Shown here: piece by piece, positions 51,036 through 60,843 of the stretch
Position numbering within the stretch: the first letter of the stretch is position 1
Layout: every line of letters starts with the position of its first letter
Assembly (NCBI GenBank): GCA_965222115.1
Contig: CBDCTJ010000003.1
Span: 96,001 to 160,000 of the forward strand
DNA from: Planctomycetota bacterium
GTDB lineage: Bacteria; Planctomycetota; PLA2; JAEUHO01
Length of the DNA: 64,000 nucleotides
Direction: 5' to 3'
The notes under the pieces: model-generated
Database searches by the model: none
What the model saw: the letters and a program-made list of their open reading frames with translations, nothing else
Told to the model about the DNA's origin: nothing
Made by a program: the position numbers and the translations under genes

Positions 51036-52976
51036 CTAGTCCGCCTTGGAGGATGTGTGCGTGGCCATGAATGCGGCGAGTGTGCGTGCAAACTCGGTAG
51101 GTTTGGGAAGCGGGGCTCCTTCGGCTAGGAGCGCTTGGCCATATACTAGTTCGGCATAGTCTTCAAACGACACGGCGTCGCGTTCGGTGGGGCTAGCTTC
51201 AGCAAGCGCAACGAGGCGTTCTACCACCGCGTGGTCCTTGTTCAGTTCCAAGGCGCGCGGTGGCTCGGGCATATCCTCGTTCATCTGACGCATCATGCGC
51301 AGCATGGCGGGACTCATGGCACCTTCGGGCGCAACCAACACAGCAGGGCTATCCGTGAGCCGCTTTGAAAAACGCACGTTGGAGACGCGTTCGCCAAAAT
51401 GTTCTTTGATGGCCTCGAGTGCATCTTTGTGTTCGCTCTCGGTCTCCGCCTCTTCCTTCTTCGCGTCGTCGTCTTTGTCTTCAAAGTCGAGATCGCCTTG
51501 GCTCGCAGGCTGAAGTTCCTTGTCGGCGAACTTGGTAAGGCGAGACACCATCCACTCGTCGATGGGATCTGAGAGTAACAATACGTCATAGCCCTTGGCG
51601 CGAAACGCTTCCAAGTGTGGGCTCGCGGCAAGCGTCTCCTTTTGCCCGCCCGTTACGTAGTAGATCTTGTCCTGATCTTCGGGCATGGCGTCTACGTATT
51701 GCCGCAAGGTGAGACGACCGGGCGCATCGGCAGTGTCAAACACGCACAGGTTCGAGATACGCTCATCATCGTCGGCGCCGTAGTAGATCCCCTCTTTCAA
51801 CATGGCGCCCATGCTCTGGAAAAATGTCTCGTAGGCTTCGCGATCCTCGTCCAAGAACTTCGCCAGCTCTTTGAGCACCTGCGACACGAGGTGTTTACGA
51901 ATGCGCTGCGTCACAGGATTGGCTTGAAGTGTCTGACGAGACACATTGAGCGGCAAGTCACTTGACTCTACCACGCCGCGCACAAAGCGCAGCCACCCCG
52001 GCAACAGGTCCTCACATTCGTCCATGATGAGCACCCGGCGCACGTACAACGACACGCGCGACTTGCTTTGGTTGGGATCCAGAAACATGGGATTCAACGA
52101 TTCGGGGACGAACAACAGGGCCTGAAATTCGACCGGCACCTCGGCGCGAATGTGAATCACACGCGCCGGCGCCTGCCAGTCGCGCGACATATGCTTGTAG
52201 AGCGAGGCGTATTCCTCGTCCTTCACCTCCGATGGCGAACGCGCCCACAGAGGCTTCTGCGAGTTGAGGGTCTTGTCGACCATCACTTGCTTCCGATCGT
52301 CGCCCTCGCCTTCCCACTCCTCCATCTTCATGCGAATAGGATGTTCCACGAAGTCGGAGTGACGTCGAACGGTTGCTTGAATCACATAGGGGTCGGCAAA
52401 ATCTTGCCACGTTTCGTCGTCGTCGCCCTTGGCTGCAAGGTGCAGTGTCACGCGCGTTCCACGTTCCTTGCGATCGATGTCTTCGAGCGTGTACTCCCCT
52501 TTGCCGGTCGAGGTCCAACGAACACCTTGCTTCTCGCCCGCACGTAGACTCTCGACGACGACCTTGTCGGCCACCATGAAACTCGAATAGAAGCCCACAC
52601 CAAACTGACCAATCAGGGCTGCCGCGTCGCTTTGCTTGTCCTTCTTGAGTTGGTCGATAAACGCCTTGGTACCTGACTTCGCGATCGTGCCGAGGTGCGA
52701 CGCCACTTCATCACGACTCATGCCAATGCCGTTGTCGATCACCGAAAGCGTCTGCGCTTCAGGATCGGCTTCGATGCGAATTGACAGCTCTTCGCCTTCG
52801 GCAAGAAGCGACGTGTCCTTCAATGCCGCCATGCGGAGTTTGTCCAGTGCATCGCTCGCATTGGACAGAAGCTCACGGAGGAAAATTTCTCGCTCGGTGT
52901 AGAGCGAGTGAATCATGAGCCCGAGAAGTTCTTGGGTCTCAGCCTCAAATGCGCGTGTCTCAACGGCCGTCGTCAT
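51036..52976 (-). CDS. htpG: Chaperone HtpG (Hsp90)
   Basis: EIFLRELLSNASDA, GTIAKSGT, IGQFGVGFYS, DLPLNVSR. Confidence 0.96.
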   Translation of the reverse strand: MTTAVETRAFEAETQELLGLMIHSLYTEREIFLRELLSNASDALDKLRMAALKDTSLLAEGEELSIRIEADPEAQTLSVIDNGIGMSRDEVASHLGTIAKSGTKAFIDQLKKDKQSDAAALIGQFGVGFYSSFMVADKVVVESLRAGEKQGVRWTSTGKGEYTLEDIDRKERGTRVTLHLAAKGDDDETWQDFADPYVIQATVRRHSDFVEHPIRMKMEEWEGEGDDRKQVMVDKTLNSQKPLWARSPSEVKDEEYASLYKHMSRDWQAPARVIHIRAEVPVEFQALLFVPESLNPMFLDPNQSKSRVSLYVRRVLIMDECEDLLPGWLRFVRGVVESSDLPLNVSRQTLQANPVTQRIRKHLVSQVLKELAKFLDEDREAYETFFQSMGAMLKEGIYYGADDDERISNLCVFDTADAPGRLTLRQYVDAMPEDQDKIYYVTGGQKETLAASPHLEAFRAKGYDVLLLSDPIDEWMVSRLTKFADKELQPASQGDLDFEDKDDDAKKEEAETESEHKDALEAIKEHFGERVSNVRFSKRLTDSPAVLVAPEGAMSPAMLRMMRQMNEDMPEPPRALELNKDHAVVERLVALAEASPTERDAVSFEDYAELVYGQALLAEGAPLPKPTEFARTLAAFMATHTSSKAD

Positions 52977-53084
52977 GGTCAAACTCCCGCATCGCCCGGA
53001 CAGCTAGCCCGGCGCGATCTCAATTTCGCCATCGATAGCCGCGACAGTTTATCGAGCCTTGGGCCTGTCGGAAGTCGGCGATGG

Positions 53085-53609
53085 TTAGTTCTCGTCTTCG
53101 GACTCTTCGTCGTCTTCGGCAGCTGCCTCCTCGGACTGTCTTTCTCGGAGGTCGGCCATCGACGGTGCCTCGTGACCTTCCAAGAGGGCATCCAAATCGG
53201 AGACGATTTCCTCACGCCCGTAGTGGTGCCCGCCGCGAATCGCCACGACATCGCCCGCGTCATTCATGACCACCATGCCGTGCAACGTGGGTCCAAACGG
53301 ATACTTCGCCGCGCGCTTCTTGCCCGTTTCGTTCCACCAGGCGTACCAGTTGTAGTCGAAACGGGCTATGTACTTCGGCTCATCGCAGATGGTGCGCAAC
53401 GTATCCGCTACGCGTTTGCACTTGCCTCAGGCCTCGCTGATTTGGAAGTACTCCACCCGAAACATGCTCGGCTCATCTTGGGGCTGCGATTCCGTTGCTG
53501 ACGAGGACTTCGCGGCCGTGTCCGACGGAGCCGGCGACGTGTCGCCGCAGCCTGCAATCAGTAGGAGCAACGTCGCCGAAAACGAAACGAGAAATCGATG
53601 GATGCGCAT
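53085..53609 (-). CDS. Candidate selenoprotein: thioredoxin-like lipoprotein with UxxC (174 aa, Sec61)
   Basis: ORFs 53427..53609 and 53085..53399 are in frame across TGA 53429-53427: FRVEYFQISEA-U-GKCKRVADTL; LIAGC lipobox; hairpin after the TGA. Confidence 0.85.
53396..53426 (-). promoter_or_regulatory. Putative bacterial SECIS element
   Basis: GCAA-ACG-CGTA-GCGGA-TACG-TTGC stem-loop, loop 19-23 nt after the TGA. Confidence 0.6.
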
Positions 53610-53664
53610 CCACGGAGTCTACCCGTTGTAGGCCGGGCCTCCCTAGAGGTGGTAGCGTGTCGCC

Positions 53665-55095
53665 ATGACGTCCCCCACATCCACCTTCGACCTCAACGCC
53701 GCACTCACATTCTCGGATTCCCTTTGGGAGTCGGACATCGTCCCGACCATCGCCGAGTACATCAAAATCCCAAACAAGTCACCGCTATTTGATCCGGACT
53801 GGTCGGCAAACGGTCATATGGATCGCGCCACCGACATGATCGCGGACTGGTGTCGAGGGCGCCCCATCGACGGGCTGACGGTTGAGATCGTGCGTCTTGA
53901 GGGTCGCACACCGCTGATCTACATGGAAATTCCGGGATCGAGCGACGACACGGTGCTGCTCTACGGCCACCTCGACAAGCAACCCGAGATGACCGGTTGG
54001 CGCGAGGGCCTAAGCCCGTGGAAGCCGGTTCGCGAAGGTGACAAGCTCTACGGGCGCGGCGGCGCCGACGATGGCTACGCGGCATTCGCCTCGCTCACCG
54101 CGATTGAAGCCGTGCGCAAATTCGGCGGCACGCACGCACGCTGCGTTGTGTTGATCGAAGCATGTGAAGAGAGTGGCAGCCCGGATCTACCCCATTACAT
54201 CGAGCACTTGAAGGATCGCATCGGCACGCCGAGTCTCGTCGTGTGCCTTGATTCGGGGTGCGGCAACTACGATCAACTGTGGTGCACGACGTCGTTGCGC
54301 GGCATTGTGGTGGGCACACTGCGAGTCGACATTCTTACCGAGGGCGTTCACTCCGGAAACGCAGGTGGTATCGCGCCGTCAAGCTTCCGCATTGCACGCA
54401 TGCTGCTCTCCCGATTGGAGAACGTGGATACCGGCGAGATCACGGCGGATGCGTTCATCGATCCGATTCCTGCAGCGCGAGTCGAGCAAGCCAAGCAGGC
54501 CGCGCGCGTGCTGGGTGATCAAGTAGTGAGGAGTTTTCCATTCGTCGATGGCGCGGGGCGAAATGACCGCAAGCTACACGAACTCATCCTGGATCGCACG
54601 TGGCGTTCCTCATTGTCAGTCACGGGCAGTGACGGACTCCCAGCCCTCGAACATGCGGGCAATGTGTTGCGACCATTTACGTCGCTGCAACTTTCATTGC
54701 GTGTGCCCCCTACGCGCGATGCAGGGGCCGCCGCAGAGGCGCTAAAAACGCTTCTGGAAGCCGATCCACCGTATGGCGCCAACGTGTCATTCACAATTCG
54801 TACGCCGGGCAGTGGTTGGGAGGCACCTGCGGTGGCGCCGTGGCTCGAAGCGTCTCTTGAACGTGTTTCGCAGGGGACATTTGGCAAGAGCGCCATGTAC
54901 ATGGGCGAAGGCGGATCGATTCCTTTCATGGGCATGCTCGGCGAAGCGTTTCCTGAGGCACAGTTCCTCATTACGGGTGTACTTGGCCCCCACTCCAACG
55001 CCCACGGTCCCAACGAGTTCCTTCACATTCCAACCGGCAAGAAACTGACTGCCGCGATTGCAGGCGTCCTCGACGATCACGCCTGTCGCAAGTGA
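53665..55095 (+). CDS. M20-family metallopeptidase
   Basis: YGHLDKQP, YGRGGADDG, EACEESGS, NAHGPNE. Confidence 0.92.
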   Translation: MTSPTSTFDLNAALTFSDSLWESDIVPTIAEYIKIPNKSPLFDPDWSANGHMDRATDMIADWCRGRPIDGLTVEIVRLEGRTPLIYMEIPGSSDDTVLLYGHLDKQPEMTGWREGLSPWKPVREGDKLYGRGGADDGYAAFASLTAIEAVRKFGGTHARCVVLIEACEESGSPDLPHYIEHLKDRIGTPSLVVCLDSGCGNYDQLWCTTSLRGIVVGTLRVDILTEGVHSGNAGGIAPSSFRIARMLLSRLENVDTGEITADAFIDPIPAARVEQAKQAARVLGDQVVRSFPFVDGAGRNDRKLHELILDRTWRSSLSVTGSDGLPALEHAGNVLRPFTSLQLSLRVPPTRDAGAAAEALKTLLEADPPYGANVSFTIRTPGSGWEAPAVAPWLEASLERVSQGTFGKSAMYMGEGGSIPFMGMLGEAFPEAQFLITGVLGPHSNAHGPNEFLHIPTGKKLTAAIAGVLDDHACRK

Positions 55096-55097
55096 CT

Positions 55098-55721
55098 ATG
55101 CGACTTGTGTTGATCAGTGACACGCATACGCGCCACCGCGAGCTGGAGCTCCCGGATGGTGATGTGCTGATCCACGCCGGTGACTTTACCAACGCCGGCA
55201 CGGTGCCTGAAGTCAGCGACTTTGCACGCTGGATGCGGACTCGCCCTCACGCTCACAAAGTAGTGATCGCAGGCAACCACGATTTGCTGTTCGAGCGCAA
55301 TCCAATTGAAGCGCGGCGCCTCATGGCAGATCTTACCTATCTCGAAGATACATCGACCACCATCGACGGCATTCACTTCTACGGCTCACCGTGGCAACCG
55401 TGGTTCTACGATTGGGCCTTCAATGTCGAGCGCGGTCCAGCGATCCGTGAGAAATGGGACAAGATTCCAAGCGACGTAGATGTACTTATCACCCACGGCC
55501 CCCCATCCGGACACGGCGACGTCAATCGACACGGCGATGCCGTTGGGTGCGAAGACTTGCTCGCCGTCGTTCGGGAACGCCAACCAACGCTTCATGTGTA
55601 TGGTCACATCCACGAGGGCCGTGGCATCACGCACTGGAAATCAACGACGTTTATCAATGCGAGCTCGGTTATCGGCTACGACGGGCCATTGGCGGAGCCG
55701 GTTGTGTTTGCCGTTGATTGA
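55098..55721 (+). CDS. Metallophosphoesterase
   Basis: SDTH, HAGD, AGNHD, THGPP, GHIH. Confidence 0.92.
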   Translation: MRLVLISDTHTRHRELELPDGDVLIHAGDFTNAGTVPEVSDFARWMRTRPHAHKVVIAGNHDLLFERNPIEARRLMADLTYLEDTSTTIDGIHFYGSPWQPWFYDWAFNVERGPAIREKWDKIPSDVDVLITHGPPSGHGDVNRHGDAVGCEDLLAVVRERQPTLHVYGHIHEGRGITHWKSTTFINASSVIGYDGPLAEPVVFAVD

Positions 55722-55829
55722 CGGGTCGAATCCAGCAATTTCACTCGACAATTGTTGTGGAATTCGAACCAGCCGAACGAAGCGTTTGACGCGGAATAAA
55801 CGAAGGTCGCCGGCGTCAAAAAAGCGCGT

Positions 55830-56588
55830 CTAGGTAGAAACCGGCTCGTTTGATTGAGATACGTCGATCCGCACCGAAGCTTCCGATCCCACGAATACGC
55901 CTTCGATCAATACGGCACCGTTCCAGACCACTCTCGATCCATCGAGAATTTCGAGCTGGGGTCGAGGACCGTAGGCGCGTGCGAGCGCCTCAAGCAGGGT
56001 CTCAGCGTCCGACCCAGCCAGCGGACCGACGAGGTCCGCCAAAAGTCGAGCTCGCCGACCCTGCATGCCATCCGTCGTGGCGACCAGTGGATCCACGCGA
56101 TGATTCGTTTGCGATGTGAGTGTAGCTTCGAAGAGGTGTCCATCTTCGGTTCGCACGCGCGAGGCGGATCGCCGCCGCGGGCCGACCAGTTTTCGGTATG
56201 CCGATTCCTCCGTAACACCCAATGCAGGCAGTCCGAGCCCGGACATTGTGGCCTCTTCATCCGTCAACGGCGTTTCAAAGCGACACGCGATATCGATTTC
56301 GGACAGGTCTTCAAGGGGCAACGCACGGACGATGGTCATTCGTTTCGATACGAGATTGCCTAGGACGTCATGGCGCAACGCGCCCGTAATGTTACGCCCA
56401 AGCACGTCGTGCGCGCGCGCCAAGTAACCGATACGTCTCGACGTAGAGAGATCCACATGCACGCGAATGCGACAGCCGGATCGGCTCACGTCAAGCATGG
56501 TACCAACCAGGGTCTGCTTCTTGGCCCTGAGCTGCACGGGGAGTCGGCACGCAATGCGCAGCGCGTGGCGACTCTCCGACTGACTCAC
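55830..56588 (-). CDS. PilZ-like domain protein
   Basis: RHALR...LDVSRSGCRI; AGGAGG RBS; paralog of 13131..14075. Confidence 0.7.
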   Translation of the reverse strand: MSQSESRHALRIACRLPVQLRAKKQTLVGTMLDVSRSGCRIRVHVDLSTSRRIGYLARAHDVLGRNITGALRHDVLGNLVSKRMTIVRALPLEDLSEIDIACRFETPLTDEEATMSGLGLPALGVTEESAYRKLVGPRRRSASRVRTEDGHLFEATLTSQTNHRVDPLVATTDGMQGRRARLLADLVGPLAGSDAETLLEALARAYGPRPQLEILDGSRVVWNGAVLIEGVFVGSEASVRIDVSQSNEPVST

Positions 56589-56796
56589 GCGCTACCTCCT
56601 TGACGTGCCTCAAGTATGACCCCAGCACAACTCAAGATTCAAGTGCGTTGACCGGATATCAACATGGCTCACACGCTCGCAAATACAGATCGTCAATCCC
56701 GCTTGCGATCCAGGAACGGTAATTCGGGCGATTCTGGACGAATCGGCCATTTACTAACCAATACCAAACGAAGCGCAAGAGGACGTATGCACATGA

Positions 56797-58935
56797 TCAA
56801 CTTTCTGCGCGCAGTTCGATCCCGTGCTCACGAAGTTTGGCAAGCAACTTCTTGTCGTCCGGCACACTGCGAAGCAAGGCGTGATCTGGCAAAAGACGTC
56901 GTACCAAGAGTGCCTGCACTTCTTCGATGGCCACGAGGCGATCCATCGCCTCTTCGCTACGCGTTCGCAAGACAACACCGCGCTCGTATGTTGCAAACGT
57001 AACGGAACCCGCCCAGCTACGAACCGAGTATTCGACGTTTTGTGGCACCGGATTGCGTGATCGCGCTGCCAAATAAGCCAGAAACTCATCAATCGAGCGA
57101 CCTGCACCCACTGCCGACTCAATGGCTTCCCGCGTTACGCGAAAGTGAACCACGTCGCCGGTCTTCTCGCGCTTGGTGTATTGATCCAGGGTGTGGACGA
57201 CGTCGCTGACATCCCCTTCCGGCATAACGAGAATCTCGAAGTCGGGATTCACGAGCAGCGGCAGTACACCCGTAGACTGTTCGGCAACCTCGGCACCCAA
57301 CACACGGGCGCCCACGGACGAGAGCCTCCACGCCGCCACGCGCTCGTCGTCCACTACGGCGTCCAAGATGCCAAAGCCATGCAGACGCCTCAGCCAGTGG
57401 CGATTGAGTTCACCCAACAGCGCGGCAGGCGTTTCGCGTTGCGAGAAATAGGCGGAAAAGAACCGGTCTTTGTATCGCGCTGGAATTCCCAGTGCGTCCA
57501 TCTGTTCAAGGTAGCGGTGCCGCACACAGGCCGGCAGCGCACGCCCGGGCCACCAGCGCTCCGGATACTCGCGCAAGACGTCGGCGAGCACCTTACGCAT
57601 TTCATGCTGGTGAAGGCTGCGCCCTTTGCTGCCGGGCTGCTCGAGTGCGAGGGTGTAGACGGAGCGAAGTTTGTCTTCCAAGGGTTGCCGCAAGAACGAG
57701 TCTGCCGTTGGGAGGAGTTCCAGAAATCCCTCGTCGTCATTTTGCACAAGCCCGAGTCGAACGGCTGCATCACACACCGACGTCCAGATCGCCTCCGCGT
57801 CGTTCAGTAGCGAGTGGCGCGATACGAACTGAGCTTCAATCTTGCGCCGACTGGTTTTGTACACTTCGCCCGTTCGGCTCACTTTTAGCGGTGCACGGCG
57901 CACAGTTTCTAGGTACATGCAGAGATCGGCAACAAAGTCACCACGTACGGCGAGTAGTTCGCCAGGTGGAACGTCCGACGGTGCGTCTTCCTCAACCAAG
58001 CCTTCAAGAATCTCGCGAAAGATGACCAAGACTTCGTCGTCACATGCGAGTCCATACCCCTTAAGCGAAGTGCGCGCAACGGTGCCGACCGCCTGCGCCT
58101 CAAGCGCCTTGGCCCACGCCGCACGATCCCAGCGGATCTCCTTGAGTCGGTGGCGTCGGCTCCATTCGCCCCGTCGCACGAAGCCACGGTGACGGTCCAG
58201 CGCATAGCCGACCACAGCACGCATGTCGGCGGGTAGCGCATCAATCCGCGCCGACGCGCCGTCGCTTAGAATTACCTCGACATCGTTGTCGCTGGGTTGC
58301 GCTGCCAAATCGGGGAATTGCTCTTGAAGCCCTGCACGCTCGCTGGCCGCCATGGTCAACAGATGTTCTTCAAGCGACATGAGACTGGCGACGGTGCGCG
58401 TCTCTTCACGAAAGAGTGACAGGAGTGCGGTGCCAAGCTCCTCGGGCACCGAGTAGAGCACGCGCCCGTTGCTCGCCGTTCCACGCTCAATGCGTTCAGC
58501 GAGGAATCCGCGACGAACGAGCGCTTTGATGCCGGTCTCGGCCTCGTGAAACTCAATGGTTGCTTTCGCCTCACCCGGCAGGCGTTGAAAGAGCCCGGGA
58601 AGATCGCTTGTGTAGTGAGCACGACGGAGAAACAGCAGCAACACGTCCAGGGCACGGCGCGTGAGCTGTCGCACACGTCGGTAGACGATACCCTCTTCCG
58701 CCATCTGCCGAAATAGCAGTGCAACGAGTTCCTTCTTTGTGCCGAGTACGCCCGGATCGTCGATCCACACCGGCACAAGCTCTCGCAGCGACGCAACGCG
58801 AAGTCCCTCAAGGTACTTCTTCAACGTTAATGCCGACGTGCGAGACTTTTTGGTACGCCGAATAGATGCCGCGGAGCTCGACATCGGTGCAGCTCGAGCG
58901 CGCGAGCCTTCGGGTGTGCCTCGTTCAGCGCTCAC
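56797..58935 (-). CDS. XPB-associated protein with Helicase_C_3 (XPB N-terminal-like) domain
   Basis: LLVNPDFEILV...FRVTREAI...VPQNVEYSVRSW; overlaps the XPB gene. Confidence 0.8.
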   Translation of the reverse strand: MSAERGTPEGSRARAAPMSSSAASIRRTKKSRTSALTLKKYLEGLRVASLRELVPVWIDDPGVLGTKKELVALLFRQMAEEGIVYRRVRQLTRRALDVLLLFLRRAHYTSDLPGLFQRLPGEAKATIEFHEAETGIKALVRRGFLAERIERGTASNGRVLYSVPEELGTALLSLFREETRTVASLMSLEEHLLTMAASERAGLQEQFPDLAAQPSDNDVEVILSDGASARIDALPADMRAVVGYALDRHRGFVRRGEWSRRHRLKEIRWDRAAWAKALEAQAVGTVARTSLKGYGLACDDEVLVIFREILEGLVEEDAPSDVPPGELLAVRGDFVADLCMYLETVRRAPLKVSRTGEVYKTSRRKIEAQFVSRHSLLNDAEAIWTSVCDAAVRLGLVQNDDEGFLELLPTADSFLRQPLEDKLRSVYTLALEQPGSKGRSLHQHEMRKVLADVLREYPERWWPGRALPACVRHRYLEQMDALGIPARYKDRFFSAYFSQRETPAALLGELNRHWLRRLHGFGILDAVVDDERVAAWRLSSVGARVLGAEVAEQSTGVLPLLVNPDFEILVMPEGDVSDVVHTLDQYTKREKTGDVVHFRVTREAIESAVGAGRSIDEFLAYLAARSRNPVPQNVEYSVRSWAGSVTFATYERGVVLRTRSEEAMDRLVAIEEVQALLVRRLLPDHALLRSVPDDKKLLAKLREHGIELRAES

Positions 58936-60728
58936 GACCGGGGCGCTCCGTCAGTTTCAGACACAGGCTGAGGCGAGTCTTCTGATGCAGAGTGTGTGAG
59001 GCACGGAAACAGTGATGTCGCCGACTCGATCTCGTAGGCGTAGCCCTGCTCGGTCAGAAAGAGCTGGCGATGTTGAGCGAACTCTTGCTCGATGGATTCG
59101 TCGGACACGAGCGTGAAAAAGTAGGCGTCGCTTCCATCGGCCTTGGGTCGCAGCACGCGTCCAAGGCGTTGCGCCTCTTCCTGACGAGAACCAAAGGTCC
59201 CAGACAATTGAATGATGACGCGTGCTTCCGGGAGATCCACCGCGAAGTTGCCCACTTTGCTAACGATTAGCACAGGGTCGCGACCACTTCGAAACGCCTC
59301 GTAGAGTTCAATGCGCTCCTCCTTCTTCGTCTTTCCCGTGATCAGGGGTCGCTGCACCTCCCGCGCGACGCGTTCCAACTGCTGAATGTACTGGCCAATC
59401 ACAAGCACCGAATCGCCCGCAAAGCGGTTCAGTAGTTGCCGCAACACGTCCATCTTCGCCGGATTCTCGGAGGCCAATCGAAACTGCGCTCGACGTCCGG
59501 CCAATGCATAGCGTTTGCGGAGTTCCGAATCCATGCGCACGCGCACTTCGGTGCAAATCGCTTTCGCTATCCATCCCTTGCGCTCAAGGATCTTCCAGGG
59601 CACGTCATAGCGCTTGGGGCCAATCAGCGTGAAGACATCGTCCTCTTTACCGTCTTCTCGAACCAGAGTTGCCGTGAGGCCCAACCTGCGCGTGGATTGA
59701 ATGTCGGCCGTGAATCGAAAGACCGGTGCCGGCAAGAGATGGACTTCGTCATAGATCACCAAGCCCCAATCGTTCTTTTGAAACAGGCCAAAGTGAACGA
59801 AGTCATCGGTCTTTCGCCGGCGGTACGTAAGGATTTGGTAGGTGCTAATGGTCACCGGGCGCACCTCTTTGGTCTTGCCGGTGTACTCGCCAATGTCTTC
59901 GGGTGAAAGCTGCGTCTTTTCCAACAACTCCCGCCGCCATTGATCGACCGCAGTGTGATTGGTCGTCAAAATGAGCGTCTTGCGGCCCACTTGATGCATG
60001 ACGCCAATGCCTACGATCGTCTTTCCGGCGCCGCACGGCAACACGATCACACCGCTGCCGCCCAGGGAGCTTCCGTTCTGATGGAACACACTGACGGCTT
60101 CGTGTTGATAGGCACGAAGCGAGAACGGTGCACCGCCCGGTAGCGACTCGGCCAGAGCAACCGTCAATGGACCGCCGTCCACGTAGCCCGCAATGTCTGC
60201 AACCGGCCATCCAAGTTTGATGAGCGCTCGCTTGATTTCGCCGCGGTCCTTACGCTCCACGCTGAGGTGATGCCAGGGTTTGCCGGTCTCATCGTCGGGT
60301 ACCGTCTCGCGACCAAACACTTTGTCTTTCGTGAGCCCGCTCGCCTCAACCTGATCGATCAGCACCTCGTCCTTAGAGCGAAGCGTGAGGGGTCCAAACT
60401 CCTCGCCCACGAGTTGCAGCCGACCGTAGCGCCCGTGCAAATCTTCGATGTCGCGAATCACATTGCGCGGCACATCAAAGCGCGAGTAGCCGGCAAGTGC
60501 CTCAAGCATCGCGGGCGATTTCATGCCAGCGGCTGCCGCGTTCCAGATGGAGAGCGGCGTAATGCGGTAGGTGTGAATGTGTTCCGGCGACTTGACGAGT
60601 TCGCAAAACGGCGCAATGGCATCTCGGCATGCGCCATAAAACTCGCCCCCAACCTCGAGCAGGAGCGAGCGGTCGCTTTGCACAATTAGCGGTCGGGCGG
60701 AACGGGGTACGTCCAACGGAGTGTCCAC
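58932..60728 (-). CDS. Bacterial XPB/Rad25 DNA repair helicase
   Basis: ELVKSPEHIHTYRITPLSIWNA, LPCGAGKT, DEVH, GLTAT, QRLGRVLR. Confidence 0.92.
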   Translation of the reverse strand: MDTPLDVPRSARPLIVQSDRSLLLEVGGEFYGACRDAIAPFCELVKSPEHIHTYRITPLSIWNAAAAGMKSPAMLEALAGYSRFDVPRNVIRDIEDLHGRYGRLQLVGEEFGPLTLRSKDEVLIDQVEASGLTKDKVFGRETVPDDETGKPWHHLSVERKDRGEIKRALIKLGWPVADIAGYVDGGPLTVALAESLPGGAPFSLRAYQHEAVSVFHQNGSSLGGSGVIVLPCGAGKTIVGIGVMHQVGRKTLILTTNHTAVDQWRRELLEKTQLSPEDIGEYTGKTKEVRPVTISTYQILTYRRRKTDDFVHFGLFQKNDWGLVIYDEVHLLPAPVFRFTADIQSTRRLGLTATLVREDGKEDDVFTLIGPKRYDVPWKILERKGWIAKAICTEVRVRMDSELRKRYALAGRRAQFRLASENPAKMDVLRQLLNRFAGDSVLVIGQYIQQLERVAREVQRPLITGKTKKEERIELYEAFRSGRDPVLIVSKVGNFAVDLPEARVIIQLSGTFGSRQEEAQRLGRVLRPKADGSDAYFFTLVSDESIEQEFAQHRQLFLTEQGYAYEIESATSLFPCLTHSASEDSPQPVSETDGAPRS

Positions 60729-60843
60729 CTACGGAGGGAGTGCCAGCTGGCGCGCGAGGCGACCACCAAGCGCGGTGCGCCCGCAGTGGGCGCAATCGGG
60801 CGAGGCTAGAGGATGACCCCCGGCGGTCAAGCAGGGCGCGGGG

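Noticed and set aside
56589-56796. c-di-GMP riboswitch upstream of the PilZ gene
   Set aside because: GEMM consensus motifs not found
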